Shown here: positions 61,960-64,000 of the stretch, one piece after another | Layout: each line of letters opens with the position of its first letter | Numbering within the stretch: the stretch's first letter is position 1 | Assembly (NCBI GenBank): GCA_963845535.1 | Contig: CAWJSK010000019.1 | Location: 288,001-352,000, forward strand | Direction of reading: 5' to 3' | From: an uncultured Spirochaetota bacterium | Lineage (GTDB): Bacteria > Spirochaetota > Spirochaetia > SZUA-6 > Fen-1364 | DNA: 64,000 nucleotides | The notes under the pieces: generated by a model | Databases searched by the model: none | Told to the model about the DNA's origin: nothing | The model's input: the letters and a program-made list of their open reading frames with translations, nothing else | Position numbers and translations under genes: made by a program

Positions 61960-64000
61960 ATGGAATCGCGGTTTCCCCTGTCGTCCATCCGCAATATCGG
62001 CATCATGGCCCATATTGACGCGGGAAAGACGACAACGACAGAGCGGATCCTGTACTACACGGGCAGGACGCACAAGATCGGTGAAGTCCATGATGGCGAA
62101 GCCAAAATGGACTGGATGGACCTAGAAAAGGAGCGCGGCATAACCATCACGGCCGCGGCAACCTTCTGTGAATGGCGCGGCGTGCAGGTCAACATCATCG
62201 ACACGCCGGGACACGTCGACTTTACAGTCGAGGTGGAACGTTCTTTGAGAGTTTTGGACGGAGCGATCGGGGTTTTTTCCGCCGTCGAGGGCGTGGAGCC
62301 CCAGAGTGAGACCGTCTGGAAACAGGCCAACAAGTACAACGTGCCGCGCGTGGCTTTCATCAACAAGATGGACCGCGTGGGGGCTCGCTTCGAAGAGGTG
62401 GTGCAGGAAATGCACTCGAAGCTCGGGGCCAACGCCGTGGCTCTCCATCTCCCCATCGGCAATGAGGCTGATTTCGTGGGCGTGGTGGACCTCGTGAAGA
62501 TGCGCGCAATGATCTGGGATGAGGATGTCCTTGGCGCAACTTTCCGGGACGTGGAGATTCCGGCCAACCTCGTCGACAAGGCGCATGCCGCCCGGACGGT
62601 GCTCTTGGAGAAGGTCGCTGAGACGGATGACGCAATCATGACGGCGTACATTGATGGCGCGGAAGTGCCTGAGGTTGAGCTGCGGACGGCAATCCGTGCG
62701 GCCACCATCCAGAGCAAGATTTTTCCCGTCGTGTGCGGAACGGCGTTCAAGAACAAGGGGATTCAGCCGCTCCTTGACGCGGTTGTGGATTACCTGCCCT
62801 CGCCGGCGGACGTAGAGCCGACAACGGGGACGGTGCCGAACACGGGGGACTACATCAAGCGTCCGCCGAAGGAAGATGAGCCTTTCGCGGCCCTCGCTTT
62901 CAAGATCATGACGGACCCTTTCGTTGGAAAGCTGACGTTTTTCCGGGTCTATTCGGGGCATCTGCCGTCGGGGTCGTACATCTACAACGCCACGGCGGAC
63001 AAGCGGGAGAGGGTCACCAGGATTCTGCGGATGCATGCCAACGAACGGGAGGAGATCAAGGAGGTCTTCCCGGGCGACATAGCGGCCGCGGTGGGCCTGA
63101 AAAAGACCACGACGGGAGACACCCTCTGTGATGAGGAGAACCCTGTCATTCTTGAATCCATGGTGTTCCCTGATCCGGTCGTTTCCGTCGCCATCGAGCC
63201 CAAGACGAGGGATGATGAGGAGAAGCTTTCCTCCGCGCTGCACAAGCTCTCGGAAGAGGATCCTACCTTCAAGGTCCATTTCGACAAGGAAACGGGCCAG
63301 ACGGTGATCCGTGGAATGGGGGAGCTGCACCTGGAGGTGCTCGTGGAGCGGATGTTCCGCGAGTTCAACGTGGCCGCCAACGTCGGCGCCCCCGAGGTGG
63401 CCTATCGGGAGACCATCCGGGAGTTCGCGGAGGCGGAAGGAAAGTTCATCAAGCAGACGGGCGGGCACGGCCAGTACGGGCACGTCGTGATGAGCTTCGA
63501 GCCTCTTCCTCCCGGGACCGGGTTCGTCTTCGAGAACAAGGTCATCGGAGGACGGGTGCCACGGGAGTACGTGCCGGCCGTGGAGAAGGGGATCAAGGAA
63601 GCCATGGAGAACGGCGTTCTGGCCGGGTATCCCATGGTGGATTTCAGGGCCGCGTTGCTGGATGGGAGCTACCATGACGTGGACTCCAGCGAAATGGCCT
63701 TCAAGGTCGCGGCATCGATGGCATACAAGTCGGGCTGTGCAAAAGCCAAACCGACTATCCTTGAACCGATCATGGACGTGGAGTGCGCAACCCCTGAGGA
63801 GTACCTCGGGGACGTGATCTCGGACCTGAATGCGCGCATGGGCCACGTCGAGGGGATTGAAGATCGGCCTGGGAGTAAGGTGGTGAAAGCCCTCGTACCC
63901 TTGCGGAGCATGTTCGGGTACGTGACTTCGCTTCGCTCCATGACGAAGGGGCGGGCATCACACACCATGCAATTCTCCCACTACCAGGAAACCCCTCGAT
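61960..64000 (+). CDS. fusA: Elongation factor G (runs off window end; not in ORF track)
   Basis: [40 protein letters not shown] and GMGELHLE; still in frame at the window end. Confidence 0.97.
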   Translation, partial: MESRFPLSSIRNIGIMAHIDAGKTTTTERILYYTGRTHKIGEVHDGEAKMDWMDLEKERGITITAAATFCEWRGVQVNIIDTPGHVDFTVEVERSLRVLDGAIGVFSAVEGVEPQSETVWKQANKYNVPRVAFINKMDRVGARFEEVVQEMHSKLGANAVALHLPIGNEADFVGVVDLVKMRAMIWDEDVLGATFRDVEIPANLVDKAHAARTVLLEKVAETDDAIMTAYIDGAEVPEVELRTAIRAATIQSKIFPVVCGTAFKNKGIQPLLDAVVDYLPSPADVEPTTGTVPNTGDYIKRPPKEDEPFAALAFKIMTDPFVGKLTFFRVYSGHLPSGSYIYNATADKRERVTRILRMHANEREEIKEVFPGDIAAAVGLKKTTTGDTLCDEENPVILESMVFPDPVVSVAIEPKTRDDEEKLSSALHKLSEEDPTFKVHFDKETGQTVIRGMGELHLEVLVERMFREFNVAANVGAPEVAYRETIREFAEAEGKFIKQTGGHGQYGHVVMSFEPLPPGTGFVFENKVIGGRVPREYVPAVEKGIKEAMENGVLAGYPMVDFRAALLDGSYHDVDSSEMAFKVAASMAYKSGCAKAKPTILEPIMDVECATPEEYLGDVISDLNARMGHVEGIEDRPGSKVVKALVPLRSMFGYVTSLRSMTKGRASHTMQFSHYQETPR

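Overview
GC-rich bacterial chromosome segment, most likely from a free-living anaerobic spirochaete (Spirochaetia). Support: RpoB cluster I reads HKRRLNALG, the tRNA-Thr/rpmG/tRNA-Trp/secE block has no tuf, and the binding proteins carry AGG-type signal peptides. The left half (1-40 kb) is metabolic and transport: a LolA-like/outer-membrane operon end, a DesK/DesR-type two-component pair, an SDR and class-III aminotransferase, PFOR (nifJ), a divergent GH29, an FGGY kinase, a riboswitch-controlled NitT/TauT (RibXY-like) ABC importer, bioY, a homocysteine methyltransferase domain, a sigma54-driven ChvE/GguAB sugar ABC operon with its own kinase/NtrC/binding-protein module, a BMP-family ABC transporter, ligA, a SPOR protein and a NusG-paralog + CapD + DegT mini-operon. 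The right half is core: dnaE-hom-PHP-yggT-recG-rsmD, then tRNA-Thr, rpmG, tRNA-Trp, secE, nusG, rplKAJL, rpoBC, rpsLG and fusA (partial). I saw no CRISPR, rRNA, integrase or transposase. Best leads: (1) an FMN-class riboswitch with substitutions at normally invariant ligand-pocket positions (G10A, G47A equivalents) that sequesters the RBS of a fused ATPase-permease importer; (2) an unnamed multi-stem RNA with its own promoter between rpoC and rpsL; (3) a complete sigma54 promoter plus three enhancer palindromes for the sugar operon; (4) three single-base frameshifts, all at CCGG, probably sequencing artefacts. All calls come from reading motifs by eye; no searches were run.
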